51,286 nt of DNA, taken from positions 1 through 51,286 of the forward strand of contig JAQXVL010000005.1 in assembly GCA_029224905.1 (NCBI GenBank), in the 5' to 3' direction. This document shows, one piece after another, positions 8,808 to 19,183 of this stretch; within the stretch, counting starts at the first letter, position 1, and every line of letters begins with the position of its first letter. The position numbers were made by a program, and so were the translations under genes. This DNA is from Bacteroidales bacterium. GTDB lineage: Bacteria > Bacteroidota > Bacteroidia > Bacteroidales > Muribaculaceae. The notes under the pieces are model-generated. The model saw nothing but the letters and a program-made list of their open reading frames with translations, did no database searches and was not told the DNA's origin.

Positions 8808-9425
8808 ATGATCATAATAGGCATCGCCGGAGGAACCGGTTCCGGCAAAACTACTGTAGTCAAAAGAATCATAGAATCGCTCCCTGCGGGCGAGGTCAGT
8901 GTACTCCCCCAAGACTCCTACTACAAGGATTCGAGCCACATACCGCCCGAAGAGCGGCAAAAAATCAACTTTGACGAGCCGGCAGCCTTCGACTGGGACT
9001 TGTTGCTGAGTCAACTCAAACAGCTCCGCGAAGGCAAGAGCATAGAAGTTCCCACCTACTCCTACCTGACGTGTACTCGCCAGCCGGAGACGGTGCCGAT
9101 GCAGCCGCGCGATGTGGTCATCGTCGAAGGCATCCTTGTGTTCAGCGACGCTCGGTTGCGCAAGATGATGGACATAAAAGTGTTTGTCGATGCCGATGCC
9201 GACGACCGTCTTATTCGCGTTATCAATCGCGACTGTATCGAACGCGGCCGCACGCCCGAAATGGTGGTGGAGCGCTACGAACGCGTGCTCAAGCCGATGC
9301 ACAACATGTACATCGAGCCGGCTAAACGCTTTGCCGACTTAATCATTCCGCAAGGCGGCAACAACACAGTGGCGATAAAACTTCTGAAAGAATATATTGA
9401 GGGCCGCATAAATGCCCGAAAATAG
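8808..9425 (+). CDS. udk: Uridine kinase
   Basis: N-terminal P-loop IGIAGGTGSGKTT. Also DSYY, FDEP.AFDWDLL, VIVEGIL and DADADDRLIRVINRD. Length of 205 aa fits. Confidence 0.93.
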   Translation: MIIIGIAGGTGSGKTTVVKRIIESLPAGEVSVLPQDSYYKDSSHIPPEERQKINFDEPAAFDWDLLLSQLKQLREGKSIEVPTYSYLTCTRQPETVPMQPRDVVIVEGILVFSDARLRKMMDIKVFVDADADDRLIRVINRDCIERGRTPEMVVERYERVLKPMHNMYIEPAKRFADLIIPQGGNNTVAIKLLKEYIEGRINARK

Positions 9426-9440
9426 TACGACAACAGGTAA

Positions 9441-10298
9441 ATGAATTTTAAGAAAACTGTAACCAACATAACGAAGGGAATAAAAGGCTGCTCCGAGAAG
9501 ATTGCCGAAGGTATCAAGCATAAAGAGGAGCCGATTATCAAGGTCAACGAAGGCGAGAAAATGGTACTTCGTACGGACAACCTTGTCAAAAAATATCGCC
9601 AACGTACGGTGGTCAACCACGTGTCGATAGACGTTACCCAAGGCGAGATTGTGGGTTTGCTCGGCCCTAACGGTGCCGGCAAAACCACGACATTCTATAT
9701 GACAACGGGACTGATTGCCGCCAACGAAGGTAGAATCTTTCTCAACGACCTCGACATCACCAAATACCCCGTCTACAAACGTGCACAAAACGGTATCGGC
9801 TACTTGGCTCAAGAGCCTTCCGTCTTTCGCAAACTCAGCGTAGAAAATAATTTGCGGCTTGTCCTCGAAATGACCAACACGACGAAAGAATATCAAGCCG
9901 AAAAACTTGAAAGTTTGATACAAGAGTTCAGCCTGCAGAAAGTGAGAAAGAACCTCGGTGACCAGCTGTCGGGTGGCGAACGCCGACGCACCGAGATTGC
10001 ACGATGCCTTGCCATCAACCCGCGATTCATCATGCTCGACGAGCCCTTTGCCGGCGTCGACCCGATTGCCGTCGAAGAAATCCAAAGCGTGGTCTATAAG
10101 TTGAAAGAGAAAAACATCGGCATCCTCATTACCGACCACAACGCTCCCGAAACGCTTAGCATCACAGACCGAGCATACTTGCTCTTCGAAGGAAAGATTC
10201 TTTTCCAGGGCACGTCGGAAGAACTTGCCGAAAATCCGATTGTTAGAGAGAAATACCTCGGACGAAACTTCGTTTTTCGCCGCAAAAAATTTGATTAA
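9441..10298 (+). CDS. lptB: LPS export ABC transporter ATP-binding protein LptB
   Basis: Walker [10 protein letters not shown], signature LSGGERRR, Walker [14 protein letters not shown]-loop ITDHN, and the LptB-type C-terminus (VREKYLG). The first ~40 aa are a non-ABC hydrophilic extension. An alternative start is Met41 at 9561 ([12 protein letters not shown]). Confidence 0.9.
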   Translation: MNFKKTVTNITKGIKGCSEKIAEGIKHKEEPIIKVNEGEKMVLRTDNLVKKYRQRTVVNHVSIDVTQGEIVGLLGPNGAGKTTTFYMTTGLIAANEGRIFLNDLDITKYPVYKRAQNGIGYLAQEPSVFRKLSVENNLRLVLEMTNTTKEYQAEKLESLIQEFSLQKVRKNLGDQLSGGERRRTEIARCLAINPRFIMLDEPFAGVDPIAVEEIQSVVYKLKEKNIGILITDHNAPETLSITDRAYLLFEGKILFQGTSEELAENPIVREKYLGRNFVFRRKKFD

Positions 10299-10315
10299 TA
10301 ACAACTTACACAAAT

Positions 10316-12088
10316 ATGAAAAAGTTTTTCGCAACCTTATTAGGTGCTTTTGTAGGCACATGGTTGGCATTCATCATTTTTGGAATAGTAATATTCATCA
10401 GCGGAATCATCTCGATGGCATCTTTTTCGATGTCGTCGTTCAAGAACTATAGCGTTCCGGTAAACGACAAATCGGTTCTGCTTATCGACCTCTACGGACA
10501 GATTCCGGAATATGCGCAAACCGCCGACTTCCAGATGGTACTCAATAGCGACCAAAAGACGCCCGACAATCTGCGCGACATTTTGAAAGCCATCAAGTTG
10601 GCGAAAACCAACGACAACATCAAAGGTATCGTCCTGACTTGCAACTCGTCGTCGTGCGGTTTTGCCACTGCCAAAGCAATTCGCGATGCGCTTGTCGAAT
10701 TCAAGGCTTCAAAAAAATGGATATACGCCTATGGCGACGCCATCACTCAAGGCGACTACTACATCGCATCGGCTTCCGACAGTATCTTTATGAATCCCGT
10801 TGGTGCGCTCGACATCCACGGCATTACCTCGTCGATTCCTTTCTTCAAAAACACTCTCGAGAAGATTGGCGTGGAGATGCAAGTGATTCGTGTCGGCACG
10901 TTTAAAAGCGCCGTTGAGCCTTATATGCTCACCGAAATGAGCGAGGCAAACCGCTTGCAGACAGAGACATACATCAACCACTTGTGGGACAACGTAGCGG
11001 GAAGCATTGCTAAATCGAGAGGCATCGAGCAAGCGTTAATCAACGAATATGCCGACTCGTTACGCATGTTCGACAAAGCAGAAGTTTGCGTTAATCAAAA
11101 ATTCATCGATGGTCTTTGCTACAACCACGAATTCGAATCGAAAGTACGCGAAGCTGTCGGCATCGAAGAAGACGACGACATCAACTTCGTGTCGGTTAGC
11201 GACGTTTTAGGCACCGACAAGCCGAATAAATCCGACAACCAAATAGCCGTAGTCTATGCATCGGGCGACATCGACGTTTCAGGACAAAAGAACGGCATCA
11301 ACTCCGACGACCTCGTTCCGGTAATTCTTGACTTGGCGAAAGACGATGATATCAAAGGTATGGTGCTCCGCGTCAACAGCCCGGGTGGCAGCGCATTCGC
11401 TTCGGAACAAATCTGGGAGGCTTTGGAGCAGTTCAAAGCTGAAGGCAAGAAGTTTGCCGTATCGATGGGTGACTATGCCGCATCGGGAGGTTACTACATC
11501 TCGTGTGGCGCCGACCGCATTTTTGCCGAACCGACTACCCTTACCGGCTCAATCGGCATCTTTGCCGTTGTTCCGTGTGCCAAAGGAATCTTGACCGACA
11601 AATTGGGCATCAACTTCGATTTCGTTCAAACAAATGCCAACTCTGACATTTCGACCGTAAAACCTTTGACCGAAGCACAACGTAACGCATTCCAACGCTC
11701 TATCAACCAGGGCTACGAACTATTCACCGGACGCTGTGCAAAAGGTAGAAATATGGACATCAACAAGCTGAAAGAAATTGCTGAAGGTCGCGTTTGGGAT
11801 GCTACCGACGCAAAGCGTATCGGTCTCGTCGACGAATTAGGCAATCTCGATAATGCCATCAAGTGGGTTGCCAAAGAAGCAAATATTGAGACAGACTACG
11901 TTGTTTCCGATTATCCCGAAACCGAACCCGACTTTATGGACATTCTGCTTTCGGCAATGTCTGAATCGTACTATAAAATGAGTTTGGAAAAACAATTCGG
12001 TTGCCTCGGTAGTTATATGAATGAAATCAACGCAATTCTCAACCGCGACCCGATTCAATGCAGAATGGAATATATTGAGATTAAATAA
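10316..12088 (+). CDS. sppA: Signal peptide peptidase SppA, 67K type
   Basis: N-terminal TM anchor and two tandem ClpP/crotonase-like S49 domains. Motifs include GIVL..NS, VNSPGGSAFASEQIW and GDYAASGGYYISCGADRIFA. Length is 590 aa. Confidence 0.9.
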   Translation: MKKFFATLLGAFVGTWLAFIIFGIVIFISGIISMASFSMSSFKNYSVPVNDKSVLLIDLYGQIPEYAQTADFQMVLNSDQKTPDNLRDILKAIKLAKTNDNIKGIVLTCNSSSCGFATAKAIRDALVEFKASKKWIYAYGDAITQGDYYIASASDSIFMNPVGALDIHGITSSIPFFKNTLEKIGVEMQVIRVGTFKSAVEPYMLTEMSEANRLQTETYINHLWDNVAGSIAKSRGIEQALINEYADSLRMFDKAEVCVNQKFIDGLCYNHEFESKVREAVGIEEDDDINFVSVSDVLGTDKPNKSDNQIAVVYASGDIDVSGQKNGINSDDLVPVILDLAKDDDIKGMVLRVNSPGGSAFASEQIWEALEQFKAEGKKFAVSMGDYAASGGYYISCGADRIFAEPTTLTGSIGIFAVVPCAKGILTDKLGINFDFVQTNANSDISTVKPLTEAQRNAFQRSINQGYELFTGRCAKGRNMDINKLKEIAEGRVWDATDAKRIGLVDELGNLDNAIKWVAKEANIETDYVVSDYPETEPDFMDILLSAMSESYYKMSLEKQFGCLGSYMNEINAILNRDPIQCRMEYIEIK

Positions 12089-12091
12089 AAG

Positions 12092-13174
12092 ATGAAAGAA
12101 TATTTGCGCATAACACGAGAAGTCATTCTCACTCCGTTGTCGTACATCTACGGAGCGATAACCTATGTGCGCAATAAACTTTTCGACTTAAAGATTCTCA
12201 AATCGGAAGAATTCGACATCCCCATCGTCAGCATCGGCAACCTTGCAGTTGGAGGAACAGGCAAAACGCCGCACACCGAATACATCGTCGACTTGCTTTG
12301 CGGTCACTACAACATCGCAGTGCTCAGCCGCGGATACAAGCGTAAGACTAAAGGCTTCATCCTTGCGTCCGACAACAGTACGCCGCTCGACATCGGCGAT
12401 GAATCGTATCAGATTTACCAAAAATTCGGCGACCGCATCAAAGTTGCGGTATGCGAAAAACGCGTTGTCGGCATCAAGGAATTGCAAAAAATCGACCCGA
12501 ATATCAATTTGATAATTCTCGACGACGCATTCCAGCATCGCTATGTCAAGCCGCGCGTATCAATCGTGCTTACGGAATACAATCGGCCATACTACGAGGA
12601 CCGATTAATGCCGTTAGGTCGACTTCGCGAGAACATACGCGCAGTCAACCGTGCCGAAATGGTGATTATTACGAAATGCCCCGACGACATCAAGCCGATG
12701 GACTTCCGAATAAAGAAGAAAAATACCGACCTCTTCCCTTATCAGAAGCTCTTCTTCAGCCGATATCGCTACGACAGCCTGACCCCGGTATTCCCTGCCG
12801 AATCGACCTACGTACCAATGCTGGAGATAATGAACAACAAAGACGTTGTGCTTACCGTAACGGGCATTGCAAACCCACGTCCGCTCGTTAAATACCTCAA
12901 GACATTTAACGTAAAGACAAAGGTGATGCATTTCCCCGACCACCACAACTTCAGCCGTGACGACATTATGGATATTCAAAACACTTTTAATAGCCTGAAA
13001 GGTCGTTACAAAATTATCATCACAACCGAAAAAGACGCCGTGCGACTTTCCTCGAACCCCTACTTCCCGCATAGCCTGAAGCAACACATTTTCTATCAAC
13101 CGATAAATGTGGAGTTTTTAGAATATGAAGACGACTTCGACTCAACATTAATTCAATTAATAACTAAAAAATAA
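12092..13174 (+). CDS. lpxK: Tetraacyldisaccharide 4'-kinase
   Basis: Motifs VGNLAVGGTGKTP, LSRGYKRK and ILDDAFQH. Length is 360 aa. LPS-related neighbours (lptB, kdsC) are in the window. Confidence 0.92.
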   Translation: MKEYLRITREVILTPLSYIYGAITYVRNKLFDLKILKSEEFDIPIVSIGNLAVGGTGKTPHTEYIVDLLCGHYNIAVLSRGYKRKTKGFILASDNSTPLDIGDESYQIYQKFGDRIKVAVCEKRVVGIKELQKIDPNINLIILDDAFQHRYVKPRVSIVLTEYNRPYYEDRLMPLGRLRENIRAVNRAEMVIITKCPDDIKPMDFRIKKKNTDLFPYQKLFFSRYRYDSLTPVFPAESTYVPMLEIMNNKDVVLTVTGIANPRPLVKYLKTFNVKTKVMHFPDHHNFSRDDIMDIQNTFNSLKGRYKIIITTEKDAVRLSSNPYFPHSLKQHIFYQPINVEFLEYEDDFDSTLIQLITKK

Positions 13175-13182
13175 TCAAAACC

Positions 13183-14007
13183 ATGCTACAAACAATCAAA
13201 GAAACAGCGCAATTTATCCGCGCAAAAGTAAGCGACATGCCGAAAACAGCCATCATCCTTGGCACAGGTCTCGGCGAATTGGTTTCGCACATCGAAATAA
13301 CAGAAGAAATACCCTACAGCGAAATTCCCAACTTCCCCGTATCGACGGTTGAAGGTCATAGCGGCAAATTGATTTTCGGCAAACTCGGCAACAAACGAGT
13401 TATGGCAATGCAAGGTCGCTTCCACTTCTACGAAGGCTACGACATGAAGCAAGTGACATTCCCCGTTCGCGTTATGAAAGAACTCGGCATCTCTACCCTC
13501 TTCGTATCGAACGCAGCAGGTGGTATGAGCCCGGATTTCAAAATCGGCGACATCATGATTATCAACGACCACATCAATTTGTTCCCCGAGAATCCGCTCC
13601 GTGGCAAGAACTACAACGAACTCGGCCCGCGCTTCCCGGAAATGAGCGAACCGTATTCGCATCGCCTGATTGCCGACGCTCTCAAGGTTGCTGACGAAGC
13701 CGGCATTAAGGTACACCAAGGTGTATACGTAGGCACACAAGGTCCGACTTTCGAAACTCCCGCAGAATACCGTTACTTCCGCCGTATCGGTGGCGATGCT
13801 GTCGGCATGAGCACAGTGCCTGAAGTTATCGTGGCTCGTCACGCAGGTATCGAAGTTTTCGCTATTTCCGTAATCACCGACCTCGGCGGTCTCGAAGGTG
13901 TTGAGCCCGAAAAAGTTTCGCACGAAGAAGTGCAACTCGCCGCTGCTGCTGCTCAGCCCAAGATGACTGCTATTATGACAGGTCTTATCAACGAATTTAA
14001 AGAATAA
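13183..14007 (+). CDS. Purine nucleoside phosphorylase (trimeric PNP/MTAP family)
   Basis: Motifs ILGTGLG, STVEGHSG.L, MQGRFHFYEGY, VSNAAGG, GPTFETPAE and GADAVGMSTVPE. Confidence 0.92.
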   Translation: MLQTIKETAQFIRAKVSDMPKTAIILGTGLGELVSHIEITEEIPYSEIPNFPVSTVEGHSGKLIFGKLGNKRVMAMQGRFHFYEGYDMKQVTFPVRVMKELGISTLFVSNAAGGMSPDFKIGDIMIINDHINLFPENPLRGKNYNELGPRFPEMSEPYSHRLIADALKVADEAGIKVHQGVYVGTQGPTFETPAEYRYFRRIGGDAVGMSTVPEVIVARHAGIEVFAISVITDLGGLEGVEPEKVSHEEVQLAAAAAQPKMTAIMTGLINEFKE

Positions 14008-15041
14008 TGTCGGATAAACAGACTGAAATATCAACGTTGGGCGAATTTGGTCTGATAGAGAATCTTACCAAATCAATCAACATAAAAAATCAATCAACAA
14101 TCAAGGGCGTCGGCGATGATGCTGCCGTCCTTGATTATTCTAACCATCGCACGTTGGTAACAACCGACTTGCTACTCGAAGGCGTACATTTCGACTTGCG
14201 CTACGTGCCGCTGAAACACCTTGGCTACAAAGCCGCCGTTGTCAATTTCTCGGACATTTATGCCATGAACGGCAGCCCGAAACAGATTACCGTTTCGCTG
14301 GGCATTTCAAGCCGCTTCACGGTTGAGCATATCCAAGAACTCTACGAAGGCATCAAACTCGCATGCGAAATCTACGGCGTCGACCTCGTCGGAGGCGACA
14401 CTTCGGCTTCGGTCACAGGGCTGACCATCAGCATTACCTGCATCGGCGAAGGCGAAGACGGCAAGATTGTGTATCGCAACGGAGCAAAAGACACCGACTT
14501 GATTTGCGTATCGGGCGATTTAGGAGCCGCCTACATGGGACTGCAACTCCTTGAACGCGAAATGATTGCCACAAAAGGACAAACCGACTTTCAGCCCAGA
14601 TTCGGCGGAAAAGAGTATATCATCGAACGCCAACTCAAGCCGGAAGCACGTAAGGACATCATCAAAATTCTCGCCGACCACGGCATTCTGCCGACGGCAA
14701 TGATGGACGTTTCCGACGGACTGTCGTCGGAGCTCATTCACCTCTGCCGACAAAGCGGAACAGGTTGCCGCATCTACGAAGAGCGCATCCCTATCGACTA
14801 CCAAACAGCATCGATGGCGGAAGAGATGAATCTCAACGTAACAACGGTTGCAATGAATGGCGGCGAAGACTACGAACTCGTTTTTGCCGTGCCATTGGAG
14901 ATGCATGAACAACTACAGCAAATCGACGGCATTCGAATCATCGGTCACATGACAAAGCCCGAACTCGGTTGCGCACTCATCACTCGCGACCAAAACGAAA
15001 TTGCCATCACCGCACAAGGTTGGAACGCTTTCAAGCAGTAA
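14007..15041 (+). CDS. thiL: Thiamine-monophosphate kinase
   Basis: Motifs GEFGLI, GDDAAV, DLLLEGVHF, SDIYAMNG, LVGGDTS and a GGEDYEL AIR-synthase-like C-domain. The start overlaps the upstream stop by 1 nt (TAATG). Confidence 0.92.
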   Translation: MSDKQTEISTLGEFGLIENLTKSINIKNQSTIKGVGDDAAVLDYSNHRTLVTTDLLLEGVHFDLRYVPLKHLGYKAAVVNFSDIYAMNGSPKQITVSLGISSRFTVEHIQELYEGIKLACEIYGVDLVGGDTSASVTGLTISITCIGEGEDGKIVYRNGAKDTDLICVSGDLGAAYMGLQLLEREMIATKGQTDFQPRFGGKEYIIERQLKPEARKDIIKILADHGILPTAMMDVSDGLSSELIHLCRQSGTGCRIYEERIPIDYQTASMAEEMNLNVTTVAMNGGEDYELVFAVPLEMHEQLQQIDGIRIIGHMTKPELGCALITRDQNEIAITAQGWNAFKQ

Positions 15042-15064
15042 GCAATAGTAATAATCAACACATC

Positions 15065-15105
15065 AAGCCCGAATCCGCTTTTGGTTTCGGGCTTGTTATT
15101 TTTGA
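15065..15105 (+). terminator. Rho-independent terminator after thiL
   Basis: A 9-bp perfect stem AAGCCCGAA / TTCGGGCTT with a 12-nt loop, followed by GTTATTTTT. Confidence 0.75.
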
Positions 15106-15158
15106 ACATTTCTCGTATACGAATTGTTATTCTAATACAAACCATAAAACAAAAAATC

Positions 15159-15533
15159 ATGGCAGTAAAATTTTTCAAATGTAATCACTGTGGCAACATC
15201 GTAGTAAAAGTTGTTGACCGCAAAGTACCGGTTGTATGCTGCGGCGAAAAGATGACAGAACTTGAGGCAAACACTGTTGATGCGTCTGCAGAAAAACACG
15301 TTCCGGTAGTAACACGAATTGACGATTGCAGAATCAAGGTGGAAGTCGGAAGCGTAGCCCACCCGATGACTCCCGAGCACCACATTGCGTTCATCTACGT
15401 TGAGACCGAACACGGAGGGCAAATCATCCACCTCGACAACGAGCCGCAAGCCACGTTCTGCATCTGCGCCGACCGTCCCGTTGCCGTCTACGAGTACTGC
15501 AACCTTCACGGGCTTTGGAAAACTGTTCTTTAG
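15159..15533 (+). CDS. dfx: Desulfoferrodoxin (2Fe superoxide reductase)
   Basis: N-terminal desulforedoxin-like CxxC...CC (KCNHCGN..VVCCGE). SOR centre II ligand motifs EKHVPV, HPMTPEHHI and C..H (CNLHGLW). I chose the ATG at 15159. The longer TTG-initiated ORF from 15081 runs through the thiL terminator. Confidence 0.9.
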   Translation: MAVKFFKCNHCGNIVVKVVDRKVPVVCCGEKMTELEANTVDASAEKHVPVVTRIDDCRIKVEVGSVAHPMTPEHHIAFIYVETEHGGQIIHLDNEPQATFCICADRPVAVYEYCNLHGLWKTVL

Positions 15534-15545
15534 GACCGAAAGGCT

Positions 15546-16664
15546 CTAAACGACGAAAAGTTCACGGAAAATCATATCGGAAAGCATAACGCCACGGTCG
15601 GTCAACGAAGCGACGTCGGCACTTAGCCGCACCAGACCTTCGTTCTCGAAACCCAATAAGACCGAGCGTGTATGCTTTTCCATTTTTTCACCCCAACGAG
15701 TGCCGACGTCGAGCAAATCCAGCCCGTCGGCAGTGCGAAGGCGCGTCATTATCCATTCATTGTAGAGTTGCTCGGGTGTTTCGATTTCTTCGTCGTAGGC
15801 GACGCCGAAATCGTTAATTTTCTGAATATACTGACGCAACGAAGCAGGGTTGCTGCGCCGCAAACTTCCGTCGAAACTATGGGCGGAAGCGCCCAAGCCG
15901 AGATATGGCGTAAAATTCCAATAACTGCAATTGTGCTGCGACCTACGCCCGGGTAAGGCAAAGTTGGAAATCTCATAATGCTCATAGCCTGCTGACTTCA
16001 GCCGGTCGACAAGCAATTGATACATCGCCACACATGTCTCATCGTCGACCTCTACGAGCTTGCCGGCGTCGCGCATACGCGTCAATCGCGTGCCTTCCTC
16101 GTAGGTCATACAATATGCAGAGATGTGGCAAACGCGAAGATTCAGCGCAGCATCGACCGACCGCGTAAAGCTCTCCAACGACTGCCCGGGAATGCCATAA
16201 ATCAAGTCGATACTAATATTCTCAAATCCCGCATTTCTAAGTATTTCGACAGCTTCGACGGCTTTTCGAGCATTATGCCGACGCCCTATCAACGCAAGCT
16301 CGGCATCGTCGAACGACTGTATGCCCATACTCACTCTGTTAAAGCCCAACCGGCGAAGACCGGCAGCCATCTCCGGCGTAACATCATCGGGATTTACCTC
16401 AATAGTTGACTCGACAACGTTGGTCCTGTCAATCGGCTCCAAAAGTGATTGAATTTGAGCAACCGTGAGTAGCGACGGCGTTCCACCGCCGACGTAGAGC
16501 GTCGATACCGGCTTGCCGTCCAACTCCCCGATGCGACTGAGATACTCCCTACCGACCGCCGTCAAATAACTGTCGACAGTTTCAACTCGCGGCGCTATCG
16601 AGTAGAAATCGCAATAGATGCACTTACGCGAGCAAAACGGGATATGGATATATATTCCTGCCAT
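15546..16664 (-). CDS. hemW: Radical SAM family heme chaperone HemW (HemN-like, oxygen-independent coproporphyrinogen oxidase family)
   Basis: Motif YIHIPFCSRKCIYCDF (CxxxCxxC), then GGGTPS and an HemN_C-like C-terminus. Length is 372 aa. Confidence 0.9.
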   Translation of the reverse strand: MAGIYIHIPFCSRKCIYCDFYSIAPRVETVDSYLTAVGREYLSRIGELDGKPVSTLYVGGGTPSLLTVAQIQSLLEPIDRTNVVESTIEVNPDDVTPEMAAGLRRLGFNRVSMGIQSFDDAELALIGRRHNARKAVEAVEILRNAGFENISIDLIYGIPGQSLESFTRSVDAALNLRVCHISAYCMTYEEGTRLTRMRDAGKLVEVDDETCVAMYQLLVDRLKSAGYEHYEISNFALPGRRSQHNCSYWNFTPYLGLGASAHSFDGSLRRSNPASLRQYIQKINDFGVAYDEEIETPEQLYNEWIMTRLRTADGLDLLDVGTRWGEKMEKHTRSVLLGFENEGLVRLSADVASLTDRGVMLSDMIFRELFVV

Positions 16665-16743
16665 ATTTGCAAAATTAATACTTTTTGCGCAACCGACAAC
16701 CGTATGCCGACTCCATTTGCTTGATTATTCTCAATAAAAATTG

Positions 16744-16751
16744 TATCTTTG
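16744..16751 (+). promoter_or_regulatory. -7 promoter box TATCTTTG upstream of the nitroreductase gene
   Basis: Exact TAnnTTTG 16 nt upstream of the ATG at 16767. Confidence 0.45.
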
Positions 16752-16766
16752 TTAAAAATTAGAATT

Positions 16767-17309
16767 ATGAGCAATTTTCAGAACTTAGTAATAAATCGTC
16801 GAAGCATACGCAAATATAAAGACGAAGAAATCGGAGCGGAGGCTGTAAAAACGATTATCGAAACCGCGCTAATGTCGCCATCATCGAAAAACAAGATGCC
16901 GTGGGAGTTTATCGTTGTCGAAGACCGACAAACACTTGCTCAACTTAAAGAATGCAAGGAATTCGGCACCAAAGGCTTGGAAACATGCCCACTCGCCGTT
17001 GTCGTTGCAGCCAATCCGGAAACGAGTGATGCGTGGATAGAAGATGCTTCGGTGGCTACTTTGATGATGCAACTACAAGCGGCTGACCTCGGTTTGGGTT
17101 CTTGCTGGATTCAAGTCAGAGACCGTTATCGCGAAGACGGAACGTCGGCTGAAGAAATCGTAAGAAATGTGATTGAAGCGCCCGAGAATATCCGCATACT
17201 TTGCATTGTGACGTTCGGCTTCAAAGACGAAGTCAGAAAGCCCTATGAAGTGGAAAAATGCAAATGGGAGAAGGTTCACATCGGAAAATGGAAAACGTCA
17301 GAAGAATAG
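16767..17309 (+). CDS. Nitroreductase family protein
   Basis: Motif NRRSIRKY near the N-terminus, then SPSSKN..PWEF and LAAVNLGLGSCW-type motifs. The ATG at 16767 is preferred over the TTG at 16749 because the -7 box lies inside the longer ORF. Confidence 0.88.
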   Translation: MSNFQNLVINRRSIRKYKDEEIGAEAVKTIIETALMSPSSKNKMPWEFIVVEDRQTLAQLKECKEFGTKGLETCPLAVVVAANPETSDAWIEDASVATLMMQLQAADLGLGSCWIQVRDRYREDGTSAEEIVRNVIEAPENIRILCIVTFGFKDEVRKPYEVEKCKWEKVHIGKWKTSEE

Positions 17310-18070
17310 CGATTGTCGGAGCCGGCAACGTAGCAACCCATCTGGCACAAGCGCTCGCCCGGCATTACGAAATTGTGCAAATCGTAAGTCGGCACATCGA
17401 TAATGCACGTCGATTGGCAACGACAATCAATCCGCATTGCCATTACACCGACAAACTAAGCGAACTCGAGGCTGCCGACGCATACCTGATTTCGGTCAAT
17501 GACGATGCCATTGCCAAAGTATTGCAAGAGGCTCCGTCTGCGTGTCGCGAAGCACTTTGGATGCATACCTCGGGAAGCGTGGGCATTTCCGTATTTGACG
17601 GATTCGGTAGTCGCTACGGCGTATTCTATCCGCTACAGACGTTTTCGAAAGACGTTGCACTCGACATAAAAGAAGTGCCGATTTTCACAGAAGGCGCCAC
17701 CGCGGAAATCGAGGCGGAGATGAACGTCATTGCATCGGCGATTTCCGACCATGTCTACCACGCAGACAGCGAAATTCGCCGAACAATCCACATTTCGGCG
17801 GTGTATGCTTGTAATTTTGTCAATCATCTGTTCAGCATAGCCGACCGCACATTAAGTCGGCACGACATACCGTTCGACGTGCTTCTGCCTTTGATTAAAG
17901 AAACCGTCAGAAAAGTGACTAAAGTTTCTCCAGCCGAGGCTCAAACAGGGCCGGCAGCACGCGGCGACAAAGGCATAATCGACAAGCATTTAGCGGTAAT
18001 CGACAACGCCACCGACCGTGCTATCTACAAATTATTATCAGAATCAATAATGCAAAACAACAAACAATGA
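17288..18070 (+). CDS. Rossmann-fold NAD(P)-binding / DUF2520 domain protein
   Basis: N-terminal [17 protein letters not shown] dinucleotide fold and a C-terminal ..TGPAARGD.. motif typical of DUF2520. The start is taken at MENVRR (17288). It overlaps the nitroreductase 3' end by 22 nt. Confidence 0.75.
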   Translation: MENVRRIAIVGAGNVATHLAQALARHYEIVQIVSRHIDNARRLATTINPHCHYTDKLSELEAADAYLISVNDDAIAKVLQEAPSACREALWMHTSGSVGISVFDGFGSRYGVFYPLQTFSKDVALDIKEVPIFTEGATAEIEAEMNVIASAISDHVYHADSEIRRTIHISAVYACNFVNHLFSIADRTLSRHDIPFDVLLPLIKETVRKVTKVSPAEAQTGPAARGDKGIIDKHLAVIDNATDRAIYKLLSESIMQNNKQ

Positions 18071-18591
18071 GCGGAATACCCTACGATTTAACGCGAATCA
18101 AAGCATTTGCTTTTGATGTCGACGGCGTTCTTTCGGCATCGACGATTCCTCTGTACCCGACGGGAGAGCCGATGCGAATGATAAACATAAAAGACGGCTA
18201 TGCAATACAATTGGCTGTCAAATACGGCTACGAGATAGCGGTCATTACAGGCGGCAATACCGAGGCTGTGCGCAAGCGTTTTAAAGGACTTGGCGTGAAA
18301 GACGTCTTTATGGGCGTCGGCGTAAAATTGCCGATTTTCGAGCAATGGCTCGCAGACCGTCAACTCGACAGAAGCGAAGTGCTCTTTATGGGCGACGACA
18401 TCCCCGACTTGGAGATAATGCAGAACGTAGGACTTCCGGCGTGTCCGGCAGATGCGGCAGCCGACGTCAAGCAGATTGCGACATACGTATCTCCGGCTTG
18501 CGGCGGAGAAGGCTGCGCGCGCGACGTGATTGAACAAACAATGAGAGCCCAAGGAAAATGGCTGAGCGATAAAAAAGCATTTGGTTGGTAG
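18067..18591 (+). CDS. kdsC: 3-deoxy-D-manno-octulosonate 8-phosphate phosphatase (HAD family, KdsC)
   Basis: Motifs FAFDVDGVL (DxD), K.DG..I, ITGGN and MGDDIPDL. Length is 174 aa. ATGA overlap with the upstream gene. Confidence 0.88.
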   Translation: MSGIPYDLTRIKAFAFDVDGVLSASTIPLYPTGEPMRMINIKDGYAIQLAVKYGYEIAVITGGNTEAVRKRFKGLGVKDVFMGVGVKLPIFEQWLADRQLDRSEVLFMGDDIPDLEIMQNVGLPACPADAAADVKQIATYVSPACGGEGCARDVIEQTMRAQGKWLSDKKAFGW

Positions 18592-18595
18592 GGTT

Positions 18596-19183
18596 ATGTT
18601 GTCGAATTTGAATGATTTTGAGATAATTTTAGCGAGCGGTTCTCCGCGACGTCGCGAACTGCTTGGCGGCTTGGGCATCGATTTTCGAGTAGCTCGATTG
18701 AATGACGTTGACGAATCGTATCCGGACGATTTGCCGGCTAACGAAGTTGCGGAATATCTGTCGAAGAAAAAAGCGGAAGCCTACAGGCAATCGCTGACGG
18801 AGCGACAGTTAATCATCACTGCCGACACTGTAGTGATTACCGACGGTGAGATTCTCGGCAAGCCGACAGACGCAGCCGATGCTACTCGAATGTTGAAAGC
18901 GCTATCGGGCGCTGTCCATCAAGTTGTTACGGGAGTAACGGTTATGACAACAGCAAAAACCGTTTCGTTTTCGGCAACTACGAATGTACGGTTTGCACCG
19001 CTGTCGGACGAAGAAATCGACTACTACATTTCGCAGTATCGCCCGTTCGACAAAGCCGGAGCATACGGCATCCAGGAATGGATAGGCTATATCGCCGTCG
19101 AAGGAATTGAAGGCAGCTATTTCAACGTAATGGGTCTGCCGATACAGAAATTGTACACGGTTCTGAAATCATACAACCGTTAA
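18596..19183 (+). CDS. maf: Maf-family nucleoside triphosphate pyrophosphatase
   Basis: Motifs ILASGSPRRRELL, ITADTVV, GKP, KAGAYGIQ and NVMGLP. The ATG at 18596 is preferred over the TTG at 18581. Confidence 0.9.
   Translation: MLSNLNDFEIILASGSPRRRELLGGLGIDFRVARLNDVDESYPDDLPANEVAEYLSKKKAEAYRQSLTERQLIITADTVVITDGEILGKPTDAADATRMLKALSGAVHQVVTGVTVMTTAKTVSFSATTNVRFAPLSDEEIDYYISQYRPFDKAGAYGIQEWIGYIAVEGIEGSYFNVMGLPIQKLYTVLKSYNR

Noticed and set aside
13186-14034. 282-aa minus-strand ORF covering the whole purine nucleoside phosphorylase gene. Similar long antisense ORFs occur at 9339..10370, 26598..27308, 28933..29757, 29867..30694, 37280..38140, 42625..43290 and 43155..44018.
   Set aside because: Each lies antisense to a gene with unmistakable family motifs. 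Their translations are low-complexity (R/V/F/H/C-rich) with no recognisable domains. They are typical shadow ORFs of stop-poor antisense frames.
15081-15158. 5'-extended ORF starts from the six-frame track: 15081 dfx, 16749 nitroreductase, 17258 DUF2520, 18581 maf, 23742 helicase, 29877 batB, 39861 rluA-family and 45914 dsbD.
   Set aside because: The extensions use non-ATG starts or overlap upstream genes, terminators or promoter boxes. They add sequence not typical of the families, so internal ATG starts were preferred.
16669-16676. A TAATTTTG box on the minus strand only 5 nt upstream of the hemW ATG. A comparable TAACTTTG lies at 3632-3639, 5 nt upstream of the internal Met of the HU/SPOR gene.
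   Set aside because: Both would imply leaderless transcripts. That is possible in Bacteroidetes, but the spacing is too tight to call with confidence, and the 3632 box lies inside the longer ORF.
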